Source: Meyerozyma guilliermondii
Lineage: Eukaryota
Assembly: GCA_051546255.1 (NCBI GenBank)
Contig: CP128819.1
Span: 248,001-312,000, forward strand
Direction of reading: 5' to 3'
Length of the DNA stretch: 64,000 nucleotides
Part shown: piece by piece, positions 12,672-23,603 of the stretch
How positions within the stretch are numbered: position 1 is the first letter of the stretch
Layout of the letters: each line of letters opens with the position of its first letter
The notes under the pieces: model-generated
The model's database searches: none
What the model was told of the DNA's origin: nothing
The model's input: only the letters and a program-made list of their open reading frames with translations
Translations under genes and position numbers: made by a program

Positions 12672-13351
12672 ATGTCCTCAGAGGCCATATTTCTGATGAC
12701 TTTTGAATTAAATATTGAGATGAAGCATAATGATACCACTGGAGTGACGAAGGTGACTAGTGTGGGACATCTATTGTCTCCTACGAGCTTTCCTATACTA
12801 TCAACTAATGCGTCAGATTGTTCGGCTAATATAAAGTTTTTATCGACCTGTGAAAAGCTTTCTAATGTTTATTCTGGTGGTTACAGGACGAGAAATCGTT
12901 TTATCGTTGCACGTACCACTTTTGCCACAATTATATCCAAGGGCCGTCACATTGAGAATAAAGACGTTTCCAGAGTTTCGTCGACAGTAAGTATAAGAGA
13001 ATATGATGATAGTTTGATGTACTAATCTAGCTTTGGAAAAAGAGTAGCTTTACTTTGAGAGATTACTTTGAATATTTGGCAAAACTTGAAAAGACTTGGT
13101 GGGAGTCTTCAAGAAGGAAAAAAGAATACAAGTCGGTAAATACAGCATTCGATAAGCTATTCATACCGTATACTATATTATGTTCGTCATCTTATGGTCT
13201 TGTATCTTTCGCAAGAACCAAACCAGCGCCTTTCTCAGTGATTAAGCTTGATTCCAATTTCAAGATTAAGAAAAAGAAAGCTGCAAAATCGAAGATCAAA
13301 GTTCTTCCTAGTTACGAGCTTGGCTTGGCAACTGAAGATGTTTTCTTGTGA
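12672..13351 (+). CDS. MTLA2: Mating-type HMG-box transcription factor a2; exons 12672-12986 and 13031-13351, 211 aa
   Basis: Intron 12987-13030 (GTAAGT...TACTAAT.TAG) joins two track ORFs in frame. The join gives RTRNRFIVARTTFATIISKGRHIENKDVSRVSST|LWKKSSFTLRDYFEYLAKLEK, a MATA-type HMG box. Position directly after PIK fits MTLa. Confidence 0.88.
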
Positions 13352-13483
13352 GCCCCCCAAATGTGGACGCCCGGACTTATCAACGAAATTTGTATGGTCG
13401 CGCAGATTTACCTTGCAGTACCACATTTGCAAATCCGGGCTTAATAAATGTAGGAAACACATACATGCAAAAAACAAGGCTAA

Positions 13484-13893
13484 ATGAATTCAGAAGCAAA
13501 TCTGATTGTCAATGCTAGCATTTTATGCGAGGAATTAGCAGCACTTACTGCCAATTACAATGATTGTGTCCCTACCAAACCTGTCTCCTCCCATAAGGGC
13601 CCCGTACTTGAAATATTCAAGAAACTGAAAGAACGATTGGCAAATGTAAGTAACTGAATAATAACGGCAAAACTTTACTAACTTCCAAGTTTGCCTTCCT
13701 TGACTCAAATGATCACAATCTCAACTACGGCATTAGCAATTTGATCGACAAGATTTATCACAGGTATTTTATGAAAGAGATGTTGTATGAGGATCTGGCA
13801 CAAGCAGGTCATTCATTCAAGTTGTCAAAACTTTCAATCACCGTCTGTAGATCATCAGGCAACTTCACCAAGGATGTAAGTATAGTGTCTTAG
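13484..13893 (+). CDS. MTLa1-like spliced ORF lacking a homeodomain; exons 13484-13645 and 13690-13893, 121 aa
   Basis: ATG 13484 is followed by 54 open codons, then GTAAGT 13646, TACTAAC 13676-13682, AAG 13687-13689, then 67 open codons to TAG 13891-13893. It occupies the a1 position after a2 and has no WFxNxR helix. Confidence 0.6.
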
Positions 13894-13942
13894 TCTCTTG
13901 CGATAAATTGAGTGTATTCATCTCTACAAGCCATTGTAGGTT

Positions 13943-16285
13943 TTAAGGGTCCCTCTTTACCTTGCGGGGAATATTGTCGCCTGATAACAGCTGTATCTTG
14001 AGCCTCCATGCTTTTCTAAATTTATAAGGGACTCCTCGCTGAGCTGCATACGGTAACACCCAGCTTAGATTTTGAAGGCTGTGATCGGCTTTGGCACATT
14101 CAAGAATTAGATTGATTAGCTCGATCAAGACAGATCTTGATACACCACTTTTGTATCCTAGGCTTTTATGCACTTCTCGGAACTCTCTAAACAACTTTAG
14201 TTTGTCTTCATTGTCCAAATGAGGAGCTTTAAGAATGCCTGACATTATCATGCTCATAATACAGTTATTCAATTTCGCTTTGCAGCTTGAATGGTCCCGC
14301 AATAGCTCTATACTGTATCTTGGGTCATTTTTGACTATTATGTTGCAAATGTAACCTTTTACTGTACTTGAATCGAATGTCAAGGACTTCTGAATATCTT
14401 TGAGAGTGGTTATCCTTGAGCTCACCAGGATCGATTCGTTTCTGACAATAAACCGCATGACCTCATTCAAAAAGCATCTGGAAATGTAATCTTTGAAATC
14501 AGGAGAAATACTGGGCATGAAGTCACCTTTTTTCAATACCAGCTGTACCGTTTCAATACTTTGAACACGCATTTCTCGGCTCAATAGTGAAACGAATTGT
14601 CCAATCTCTCGGATTCGGTTATGAAATCGAGCTTTGCTCAGATATGAGGCATCCAGTAGCGGGTCAAGGTGAAATATATTAGTGGTGCTCAAGTTCAACG
14701 TCTTAATGCAACTTGCCAAAAGCCTGCTGAAATATGCTTCCGCGAGTGTTGAATCGATGTTAGTTTGACAGAGAAGTGTCGCACGGCCCAACTCAATCAA
14801 TGGTTTAGGATCAAAATCCACATCGTGTGTAGCAACTGTCTTAAGTAGCTCATACGTAAAATTAACATTGCTTCTGTGGTCTTTGATAGTGTGCCTCAAA
14901 ATGATGCCTGCTAAATTGCGATCTCTCGTTTCGCTAAGAATCTGCAACAAATGGGAGTGTTTGGAATTGGGCGAGTCAATTAGTAAGAGATTCACGAAGG
15001 CGCTGACAAGGTCTATGAAGGCCCTCTTATCTCTTCCCTTTTGCTTCGACATGAGAATTGACTGGCATAATCTCTTACCTCTTATATCAATCTTGATCAA
15101 TCTTACCATAGCCGTTGTCAAAACGTTCTCCGTTATTGTGTGCCATTGTTCTTTGACTGCAGTATATAACATGTTGTCGTTTTCGTTGATCATACGCGAG
15201 CATAAGGCCGTCATTATGTGTTGTTTTGCTTGGTGGTCACCACACATTAGTTTTGATTTGTATACTTGATACAAATATGTTAGATCTGAGTTCTTATTGT
15301 GGAGAAAAAGGAAATCCACAACATTGACGCAGAGCGGACCTGGTAGTTTCCAGCCATTGCCTGATAAGTGAGGTTGTAGATACACTGATGGCTGAAGAAA
15401 CCTTGACCAACCAGGTACTTTCGTCAAGCAAGGGGTCGATGCTATCTTGGCTACCGCTTGATTCACCTTTTCCGGTGCTGGCCCATTAGCGATTATATCA
15501 TGGCATATATCTCTCAAAAGATTATAGCATGAAGAAGATACGCATCTTCTGTCTGAATGCGAACTATCTATGACGCTAAGCTTCGTCTCCTCAACTGCTT
15601 TGCCTGTTTTGTGAAATACGGTATCTGCTATCATTGAAAAGACATTTGGAGAACACATTGTTCGAGCTGAAATAATGAACTGAACGATCCCGTAAAAAAA
15701 GTCCTTAATTTTGTCCAATTCCTCAAGAACTATGGCGACGTATTCATCTATCTGATCTAAGGTTGAAATCTCCGTATGCCTATTGCGCAAACACTCATCA
15801 AACATTCGATGGAACGTTAGGCGCCTCAACACGAGAATTCTCACGTCATCTTCCAATGGAACATCGATTCGGTTCAAGTAGTACAAATATAGTTCGGGAT
15901 TGATCAAGATGGGATGGTAGGAAAGCAATGTCTGGAGCTTGTTGTAGTCGTCTAAAACATTTTCAAGATCTAGTCGAATTTTTGGGTCGAGCTGTTTTAG
16001 TAGGTGGTCTTTTTCCTTGGAGTCAGACTCGTTTATATCTCGTGCTTCCAAGTTGTCTATGAGGTGTTTCCCTTCCAGTTTGATAAAGTCCAATACCATG
16101 GTGGAGATTTTTTGACCTATGGGAGCACTGGATTCTTTTTGTGGAGGTTCCAGAGGATGCTGATGGCTATTTACATGAGGTTTTTCAACAGCTGGAACTT
16201 TGGAGTAATGGCAGGAGGCATATAGGAGTCTTGGTATTCGATTGAGGTTGTGCCATCGAGTAGATCGTCGCCATAAAGCGTACAT
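13943..16285 (-). CDS. Uncharacterised 780-aa protein flanking MTL, probably mitochondrial and helical
   Basis: Long ORF with an Arg-rich, acid-free N-terminus (MYALWRRSTRWHNLNRIPRLL). It lies between MTL and RCY1, like the unnamed gene at this position in Candida. Confidence 0.75.
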   Translation of the reverse strand: MYALWRRSTRWHNLNRIPRLLYASCHYSKVPAVEKPHVNSHQHPLEPPQKESSAPIGQKISTMVLDFIKLEGKHLIDNLEARDINESDSKEKDHLLKQLDPKIRLDLENVLDDYNKLQTLLSYHPILINPELYLYYLNRIDVPLEDDVRILVLRRLTFHRMFDECLRNRHTEISTLDQIDEYVAIVLEELDKIKDFFYGIVQFIISARTMCSPNVFSMIADTVFHKTGKAVEETKLSVIDSSHSDRRCVSSSCYNLLRDICHDIIANGPAPEKVNQAVAKIASTPCLTKVPGWSRFLQPSVYLQPHLSGNGWKLPGPLCVNVVDFLFLHNKNSDLTYLYQVYKSKLMCGDHQAKQHIMTALCSRMINENDNMLYTAVKEQWHTITENVLTTAMVRLIKIDIRGKRLCQSILMSKQKGRDKRAFIDLVSAFVNLLLIDSPNSKHSHLLQILSETRDRNLAGIILRHTIKDHRSNVNFTYELLKTVATHDVDFDPKPLIELGRATLLCQTNIDSTLAEAYFSRLLASCIKTLNLSTTNIFHLDPLLDASYLSKARFHNRIREIGQFVSLLSREMRVQSIETVQLVLKKGDFMPSISPDFKDYISRCFLNEVMRFIVRNESILVSSRITTLKDIQKSLTFDSSTVKGYICNIIVKNDPRYSIELLRDHSSCKAKLNNCIMSMIMSGILKAPHLDNEDKLKLFREFREVHKSLGYKSGVSRSVLIELINLILECAKADHSLQNLSWVLPYAAQRGVPYKFRKAWRLKIQLLSGDNIPRKVKRDP

Positions 16286-16556
16286 ATTGTGGGGTTATTG
16301 CTAGTGAAGTAGATGAGAAATGCAGGTAGACATATGAAAAAAGGCGGTTTGAGTGTAGTTGATGCAATATTAAGATTGGATTCGTAATTTCCGTGCTCGG
16401 TTAATGCAAAAGATGATCGAAACAGCCCCAAATCGAAAACAAAACGGTGGTTAACTTGACTGTCAATGAATCTATCTGAACTCTTCGCAGCGATTTTTTA
16501 ACCCCAGACACAGAATTTCGCGTACTTTGAAAGGTTTCAAATCTGAGTGCGCCAGC

Positions 16557-18938
16557 ATGTCAAAAGTTATCTGGAATAATGACATCGACGCATATAACCC
16601 CCAGGTGATGCCTCTCTCGGTGGCACGCAATATTGCCAAATACTTGCCCATAAAGGACCTATTATCGTTTGCTCAAGTATCTCGAAATACCTATAAAGCT
16701 GTTCGAAATCACAATCTATGGGTTGGAAAACTCAAGGAAATGAACTTGTGGAACACTGCTATTGATCCTGGAGACGGTCATATCGTGCTCCCACGAGAAT
16801 TGTCGAATCCTTTGACTTGTATGGACACAATCTACAAAGTACCAAAGCTTGCACGGTCACAAGTAATCTCAATCTACAAAGCATTGGCCACGTATTATTA
16901 CGATTTGGCCTCTAATAAACCATACGACAAGCTAAAATTGTTCAAGGACTTTACCACGCCTCAGCAGCAGTCTCTTATTCTCCGGAATTTGCTCCGCTTC
17001 AATAATATAGACTACGACGACGGCTCACGAACAACCATCAGAGACAAAATTAGCCTTTTAATCGAGATTTTCGAGAACGCTCTTCTACGTGAGCTTGAGA
17101 TCCACTTTGATCTCGGCGACTACGAAAAGGCTGGCAAGTTTGTAGACGTACTTGTCGACTTACAAAATGACCAAACCATCATTGATTTTTTCATTCAAAA
17201 GACAATATTGGACAATAACGAAGGTATGCTCAATCTGGAGTCGTTCGACGCTGAAAAGGCTTTTACAATTGCCGACGACGAGGCACTTCTGTACACTATC
17301 AACCCACAGTTTTTCGATGATATAATAGAGAAGATAGCCGAGATCTTCAATAAAGAAGCAGAGATTATAGATCAATTGTTTCCTCCAAAAGTTCCCATGA
17401 TGTTCAAGGTTTGCGAGGAGCTTATTGCAAACCACTTGACGGACATTTTCATATCTATCATCGAAGCGTCAAGGAAAAAGAAGTTATATTTAACAATGTG
17501 TCCGATGCTATACGAGCAGTTGACAACTACTCTCATAACAAAATTGAAGCCATGCGAGAACATGGGTCCCTCATACGGTCATTTGGTTAGAGAATTGATC
17601 GATATGGCGTATGAGTCCGTGGCAGTGGAGTATATGCGAGAAGAATTGCTGGTGTTTCGTAACAATGCTCAAGAGTGCATTGACGAGTGGAAAGCCTCGA
17701 TTATCAAGCGAGAGGAAGAAACCACAAACAACATTTTGCAGCACGTTCGTTTGGAGTCCAAGAACGATTTGTTGACGAGTTTTCGAAAAGTGTTCACGAT
17801 AACGGGTTCATCCAAGACAAATGCTGAAACTGAAGAAAAGGAAAACTACTCAGAAGTGCAGGCAAAGGTGAAGATCCTTTCCGAAAACATCAAACTGTTG
17901 GGTACCACACTTAGTTTGGAAGTTGCAACCACCATACTCAATGATGCCAAAATCTCCCTCAATCATCTTTTAAAATTTAGAGACTATACCATTGCAGCAT
18001 TACGCAACGATTTCTTTGCTTCCATGCAAGAACTATTTATTACCGCCATCGAGGCGATTGGAAACGACCATCTCAAGCCAGGATTCGACAAAGCCCTTCG
18101 TTACTTGGGAACCTACAGCAGCTCCAAGGTGAAGGAAGTTGCGAAAGAAACCAATAATATTGTTGGACAAGAAGAGCCTCTCATTCTCTTTTACGAGCTA
18201 ATCAACATGGCCGATTTGATGATCCAAATGATAGACATTTTCTACAAGCAAGAAATGAGAGCTAAGAAGATCATTGCCCATGAAAACTCTATTCTTAACC
18301 CTTCGCTTCAAAAAAAGAACAAGTTGGAAGGTGTTGTGGATAACTATGTGGCCACAGGATTGAATATAGGTATCGAAATTCTTGTGGCACAAATTGAAAA
18401 TACCTTCCAGAATGAGCGCACAGCTGCCGATTACGATCCTCCTCCCAATTTTGTATTTGAAGGTCCCACAAAGGCTGCTAGAAAAGTTGTGGATATCTTG
18501 GATCAAAATTTCGACGTCCTAGTTGACTGCGCCGAAAAGTCGGTAGTGGAAGTCTTTCAACAGGAAATTGCAGAACGGTTCTTTCAGGCAATTGTGAAAT
18601 CGCTTAAAAATCTGGTGGTTTCTGTTTCTGGAGCCATCAATGTGATTGCTGACCTCAATCTCTACTATGATTTCATTCTCACTCACATTAAAACTAACAA
18701 AAAAATGGTGCTTCCATTATTCCAATCTCTAAAGAAAGTTGGAAATCTCTACTTGATTAGCGGAGAAGATTCCAAAGCCATTGGTAAGCTTGTGAGTGAC
18801 TTATCCAAATTCAATGGTATTTTCAACCAAGAGGAAATCTACGAGTTTGTTCAGAGACGTAAAGACTGGTTGGTGGTGAAAAAAGACGTCGAAAAGGTAA
18901 TGTATGGCTTGGGGTTAGGAGACTGTCTGATTGCATAG
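16557..18938 (+). CDS. RCY1: F-box/Sec10-like recycling protein
   Basis: N-terminal F-box (MPLSVARNIAKYLPIKDLLSFAQVSR), EEIYEFVQRRKDW, C-terminal CaaX (CLIA). First ATG is at 16557. Confidence 0.9.
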   Translation: MSKVIWNNDIDAYNPQVMPLSVARNIAKYLPIKDLLSFAQVSRNTYKAVRNHNLWVGKLKEMNLWNTAIDPGDGHIVLPRELSNPLTCMDTIYKVPKLARSQVISIYKALATYYYDLASNKPYDKLKLFKDFTTPQQQSLILRNLLRFNNIDYDDGSRTTIRDKISLLIEIFENALLRELEIHFDLGDYEKAGKFVDVLVDLQNDQTIIDFFIQKTILDNNEGMLNLESFDAEKAFTIADDEALLYTINPQFFDDIIEKIAEIFNKEAEIIDQLFPPKVPMMFKVCEELIANHLTDIFISIIEASRKKKLYLTMCPMLYEQLTTTLITKLKPCENMGPSYGHLVRELIDMAYESVAVEYMREELLVFRNNAQECIDEWKASIIKREEETTNNILQHVRLESKNDLLTSFRKVFTITGSSKTNAETEEKENYSEVQAKVKILSENIKLLGTTLSLEVATTILNDAKISLNHLLKFRDYTIAALRNDFFASMQELFITAIEAIGNDHLKPGFDKALRYLGTYSSSKVKEVAKETNNIVGQEEPLILFYELINMADLMIQMIDIFYKQEMRAKKIIAHENSILNPSLQKKNKLEGVVDNYVATGLNIGIEILVAQIENTFQNERTAADYDPPPNFVFEGPTKAARKVVDILDQNFDVLVDCAEKSVVEVFQQEIAERFFQAIVKSLKNLVVSVSGAINVIADLNLYYDFILTHIKTNKKMVLPLFQSLKKVGNLYLISGEDSKAIGKLVSDLSKFNGIFNQEEIYEFVQRRKDWLVVKKDVEKVMYGLGLGDCLIA

Positions 18939-18995
18939 TGGGTGTATGGGTGTGTTTCTCGATGAACATCAGATTCTTTCGTACGATGCTTCCCC

Positions 18996-20732
18996 ATGTT
19001 CCGCCGATTATCTCGGAATGGGTACATCCCTGGCACTTTTAAGCAACGACTACGCTCGTTTACTGCCGCGGTCGATAACAAGGGATCCACAAGTGCATTG
19101 GATCGTCTTTATGATACCGAAATGGTGTTGAGAGAGCCTCAGAAATACAGTTTATCAGCCTTTGCCTGCTTCAAACAGTACCAAGAATCGAGGGAAAACT
19201 TGATAAGTGATTTGTTGGTGTACCCGCGGGTCAGCAGGAACACTGGTGATTTCATTTTAGGAAAATATCGAGTTTCAAGGTCTATTCGTGCATTAATACT
19301 TCAACTGCTAATGGATCTTATGGCAAAAAACGACTTCAAATCGGTTTTGATGTACCTTGAACACATGAAGGCATGTGGTGTGTTATCTACAAAAGCGATT
19401 ATTGCATTGAAACAGACTCATCAAGTTCCACAGAATAAGCTTCGTGGATCATTATATGACTTGATTCTTCTCGAGACAGTTTACAGTGGAGATCCTATTT
19501 TGGCTGCTTCGTTCTTGGTAAGTTGTGGTCAATATGGGGTGACTGGACGTAAAACCACCATATCAGCGATTATTCGAGCCCTTTCAGTTTCTACGAGGGA
19601 TACGGATACCTACAATGCATATACAATATTGGTGTTGGTTGAAGCCAATGCCTCACTCATATCAGCACACGACTATAAGGCTGCTATTGACTATGCCATG
19701 AGTCTACCTGCATGCCCCTATATGGCTAATTTGATTGCTGAGAAGTACTTTTCACAAACACAAAAGAGAGATGGCACCCTAGACGAAACCTTAACTCAAC
19801 TAGTTCTCGAGAACTTGAATTACCACAACGTGAGGGCAGCTGTTAGGATATGGAATGAGATTCAATCAGAGACAGCACCCACGTCAACGAGTGCTCTTCT
19901 TGAGTACATGAATGAGCATTCACAGGACAATAACTGGACACTAGCTAAATCGGTTTTAACCAGAATTGACTCGAAATCACCTCCTAAAGAGCTTGTGGAC
20001 GTCCTTGTCAAACTATACTCCACTATGGGACGTCCAGACCAGCTGAGAGCCATGACACGAACGCTCAAGTCTCCACTTAGTCGGCGAGCTCTTTCAGCAT
20101 TATTACAACAGTTTTGCGATCAAAACGATTTTAATCGAGCACAGCGTATCACACAAACTATAATGCGAGCTGATTTCAAATTAACACTCGAAGATATGAG
20201 CAATATGGTCAGCACGCTCATACGGCTTGACCGAGTTGAAGATGCGCTCACCATTCTAAGGCGAATGGATCTGAACGTAACTGCGCTAGGCTATGTCAGG
20301 CTCGTAGATCATGTTTTAACCAGTGGAAATGACGACTTTGGAATACTAGAACTTGCCTCAAGGGTCATTCAAAGCTCGCAAGACGGCAATGTTGTCAATG
20401 AGTTGTTTTATGTGGCCCTTATGCATATACATCGATCTTCAGGTTTAAGATCAGCCAAGAGGTTCTATATGAGGTACAGTTCTGGTCACTACAAGCGGTT
20501 TAGCCTTGGACAATTGGCTCCATTATATCCCAGTTTAAAGCTTAGAGAGACCGCTAAGCTCAAGTGTTTGCAGCACTTAATGTTGTCAGGCATAGGAGAG
20601 GAGGACCATAGTACCGTCAAATGGGCATTTGCAGAGATGAGAGCGGTTGGAGCGTTTGCACAAGATATCATCAGCATCATACAAGATTACAACAGCGACT
20701 ATGTGGAACGATTGTCTTTAAATACGGATTAA
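18996..20732 (+). CDS. Putative mitochondrial pentatricopeptide-repeat (PPR)-like protein
   Basis: Presequence-like MFRRLSR. Tandem ~35-aa helix pairs such as LVDVLVKLYSTMGRPDQLRAM, LSALLQQFCDQNDFNRAQRI and MSNMVSTLIRLDRVEDALTILRRM. Confidence 0.65.
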   Translation: MFRRLSRNGYIPGTFKQRLRSFTAAVDNKGSTSALDRLYDTEMVLREPQKYSLSAFACFKQYQESRENLISDLLVYPRVSRNTGDFILGKYRVSRSIRALILQLLMDLMAKNDFKSVLMYLEHMKACGVLSTKAIIALKQTHQVPQNKLRGSLYDLILLETVYSGDPILAASFLVSCGQYGVTGRKTTISAIIRALSVSTRDTDTYNAYTILVLVEANASLISAHDYKAAIDYAMSLPACPYMANLIAEKYFSQTQKRDGTLDETLTQLVLENLNYHNVRAAVRIWNEIQSETAPTSTSALLEYMNEHSQDNNWTLAKSVLTRIDSKSPPKELVDVLVKLYSTMGRPDQLRAMTRTLKSPLSRRALSALLQQFCDQNDFNRAQRITQTIMRADFKLTLEDMSNMVSTLIRLDRVEDALTILRRMDLNVTALGYVRLVDHVLTSGNDDFGILELASRVIQSSQDGNVVNELFYVALMHIHRSSGLRSAKRFYMRYSSGHYKRFSLGQLAPLYPSLKLRETAKLKCLQHLMLSGIGEEDHSTVKWAFAEMRAVGAFAQDIISIIQDYNSDYVERLSLNTD

Positions 20733-20753
20733 ATGACACTATATACATGTAAC

Positions 20754-21236
20754 TCATTTCTTCTTTTTGTTCTCCTTCTTGTTCTGAAGCTTACCACCAC
20801 TAGCTACCTCGGTGACGTTTTCACCCATCAAGTCGACAAAATCATCCTGTTTTTTGCCCTGTTTCTCGCCCACTTCATTTGTTGGTTCTTCTTGGCCAAA
20901 AGCAGCGTATCTTTGTCTAAATTTGTTGACCTTTCCAGTAGCATTGGGGTCCACTGTCACCAAGTCGGACCGATGAGGATTCCACAAGGTGCTATTACGC
21001 TGATCACTGATCATTCTGATCTCATCCTTGGGCGCCTGTGACCTTCGCCTGATTACAGACCCATCGCTGAGCTCCACTAATGTTTCGAACTGGTGAAAAA
21101 TCGTTGGTCTGGCTTTTCCCATTTTGATTTTTTTCATGACTCTGCGGCCCGACAAGTGTACGTCACCCTTCATGGCTATGCCACGGGAGAAGGTGAGCGT
21201 GGGGGGTTTCAGAAAGACGCCGCTGACCCTAAACAT
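20754..21236 (-). CDS. MRPL36: Mitochondrial ribosomal protein bL31m
   Basis: [52 protein letters not shown]. Confidence 0.88.
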   Translation of the reverse strand: MFRVSGVFLKPPTLTFSRGIAMKGDVHLSGRRVMKKIKMGKARPTIFHQFETLVELSDGSVIRRRSQAPKDEIRMISDQRNSTLWNPHRSDLVTVDPNATGKVNKFRQRYAAFGQEEPTNEVGEKQGKKQDDFVDLMGENVTEVASGGKLQNKKENKKKK

Positions 21237-21357
21237 TGTGACAAGAAATCGGTAAGACTAAAGTGTGCTTGGTCTTCGATGGTGAGACTGTCGGTTTTCG
21301 CACATCGAAATTTTTCAAATGGTGAGAATTAGAGACACAAGTCCAGTTACCTAGTCC

Positions 21358-22986
21358 ATGTCGTTCTCCACACAAACACCCACTATTGTGGTGCTTAAAG
21401 AAGGAACTGATGCCTCCCAGGGTAGGGGACAAATCATCAACAATATAAATGCGTGCTTGGCCATTCAGGACACCTTGAAACCAACGTTGGGACCATTTGG
21501 ATCGGACATTCTAATCGTTGGATCCAATGGAAAAGCTACTATATCCAACGATGGTGCCACAATTCTCAAACTTTTGGATATAGTTCACCCAGCAGCTAAG
21601 ATGTTGGTGGATATCTCGCGTGCGCAGGACGCTGAGGTCGGTGATGGTACCACGTCGGTCACCATTCTTGCCGGAGAATTGTTGAAGGAATCGAAAACTT
21701 TCATAGAAGATGGAATTTCGTCCAATCTTATAATAAGGGGTTTGAGAAGAGCTTGCGATCTTGCTGTGAGCAAGGTGAAGGAAATTGCTGTGGAGGTGAA
21801 GAGAGACGATGCCGATGAGTTTCGTCAATTACTCGAACGTTGTGCCAAGACTGCCATGTCGTCAAAACTCATTGCTAAAAACTCGGATTTCTTTACAAAG
21901 ATGGTTGTTGATGCCGTTTTATGTTTGGATCAGAATGATCTTGACGAGAATATGATCGGAGTGAAGAAGGTTCCTGGAGGTGGTATGGAAGACTCCATGT
22001 ACATCAACGGGGTAGCATTCAAGAAGACATTTTCATACGCTGGTTTTGAGCAGCAACCCAAGAAGTTCAAGAACCCCAAGATCTTAAACTTGAACGTTGA
22101 GCTCGAGTTGAAGAGTGAAAAGGATAACGCTGAAGTCCGAGTCGAGCAAGTCAAGGATTACCAAGATATCGTCGATGCCGAGTGGAAGATCATTCTCAAC
22201 AAATTGGAGGCTATTGAAGCCAGTGGTGCTAACATTGTGTTGTCTAAATTGCCCATTGGAGACTTGGCGACCCAGTATTTTGCCGATAGAGATATCTTTT
22301 GTGCGGGAAGAGTAGCCAACGAAGACATGGAAAGAGTGATCAAGGCAGTTGGAGGAAGCATACAACTGACATGTTCCAACATATCTGAGAAGGATTTGGG
22401 AACCTGTGAGTTGTTTGAAGAAGTGCAAGTGGGATCCGAAAGATACAATGTCTTTAAAGGGTGTCCTGAAGCCAGAACATGTACCCTCATATTACGTGGA
22501 GGTGCCGAGCAAGTCATTGCAGAAGTTGAGAGATCATTACATGATGCAATTATGATTGTCAAGAGAGCAGTTAGTCATAACTCGGTTGTGGCTGGAGGAG
22601 GAGCCATTGAGATGGAGTTGTCCAAGTATCTTCGTGACTATGCCCGTACTATTGCTGGCAAGCAGCAGTTGATTGTAGCTGCATTCGCGAAGGCATTGGA
22701 GGTGATTCCACGTCAATTATGTGAAAATGCTGGATTTGATGGCATTGAACTTCTCAACAAATTGCGGAGTGCTCATGCTAAGGGAGAGATGTGGCATGGA
22801 GTTGACTTTCAAAGAGAAACCGTGGGTAACAATATGAATAATTTTATTTGGGAACCAGCATTGGTGAAGATCAATGCGCTTGAATCTGCCACCGAAGCAG
22901 CTTCGTTGCTCTTGTCTGTTGATGAGACCATCAAGAATGAGGAGCCTGAGCAGCAGCCGCAAGGACGGGGACGGGGAGCTTTTTAG
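21358..22986 (+). CDS. CCT7: Chaperonin CCT/TRiC eta subunit
   Basis: [64 protein letters not shown]. Confidence 0.97.
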   Translation: MSFSTQTPTIVVLKEGTDASQGRGQIINNINACLAIQDTLKPTLGPFGSDILIVGSNGKATISNDGATILKLLDIVHPAAKMLVDISRAQDAEVGDGTTSVTILAGELLKESKTFIEDGISSNLIIRGLRRACDLAVSKVKEIAVEVKRDDADEFRQLLERCAKTAMSSKLIAKNSDFFTKMVVDAVLCLDQNDLDENMIGVKKVPGGGMEDSMYINGVAFKKTFSYAGFEQQPKKFKNPKILNLNVELELKSEKDNAEVRVEQVKDYQDIVDAEWKIILNKLEAIEASGANIVLSKLPIGDLATQYFADRDIFCAGRVANEDMERVIKAVGGSIQLTCSNISEKDLGTCELFEEVQVGSERYNVFKGCPEARTCTLILRGGAEQVIAEVERSLHDAIMIVKRAVSHNSVVAGGGAIEMELSKYLRDYARTIAGKQQLIVAAFAKALEVIPRQLCENAGFDGIELLNKLRSAHAKGEMWHGVDFQRETVGNNMNNFIWEPALVKINALESATEAASLLLSVDETIKNEEPEQQPQGRGRGAF

Positions 22987-23603
22987 TATAATAGATGGCT
23001 GCAAAAAAAATAGTGGAAAGCAACGAAGAAGTAGAAAGCAAACGAATTAGCAAAAGAAAGTAAGCATACGGACGTACATGAGTTGGATGAAATCGAATTT
23101 TGATATGTCGCAAATGTTCCAAATTACAATTATCAATAAATTCACGATCATCTACTATAATCATATAATCAACTATCTACTATAGTCTACAAGAATCAAT
23201 AAATTACAATACTCCACAGATTACAGTTTCTCTCCATGTCGCATCTGCAACCACCAACAATCAATGGTTCATCCCTTGCCAGCAATTGCTACCGTCACGG
23301 CTCTACCAGTCCATTCTCCATTTCGCGATGCGCATCGCCATCTTCGTCTGCGCGAAGGCCGTGCGGCTGGAAATGCGGCTGGCGTGCATTCACCACCATG
23401 GAGCTGTAGCTACTTGTTAGTTTCGACGTCACAATTGCTAAAAGCACCTAAGAATTGAGTGTTTTTTAAACACTACCCACACAGACAGTCCAACATCTTA
23501 ATTTAAATTTGTTAATTTTCACAAAAGTTAAGTTGCTCGCGGCTCACAGGGATGCCAGACAGAACCTAGCAACGGTAGTCTGCAGGACACGGATTTGCAG
23601 CAC

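Noticed and set aside
13235..13487. Short ORFs 13235-13477 (-) and 13248-13487 (+) as a1 or alpha candidates
   Set aside because: They overlap the a2 3' exon and show no homeodomain or alpha-box features. The spliced ORF at 13484 has much better signals.
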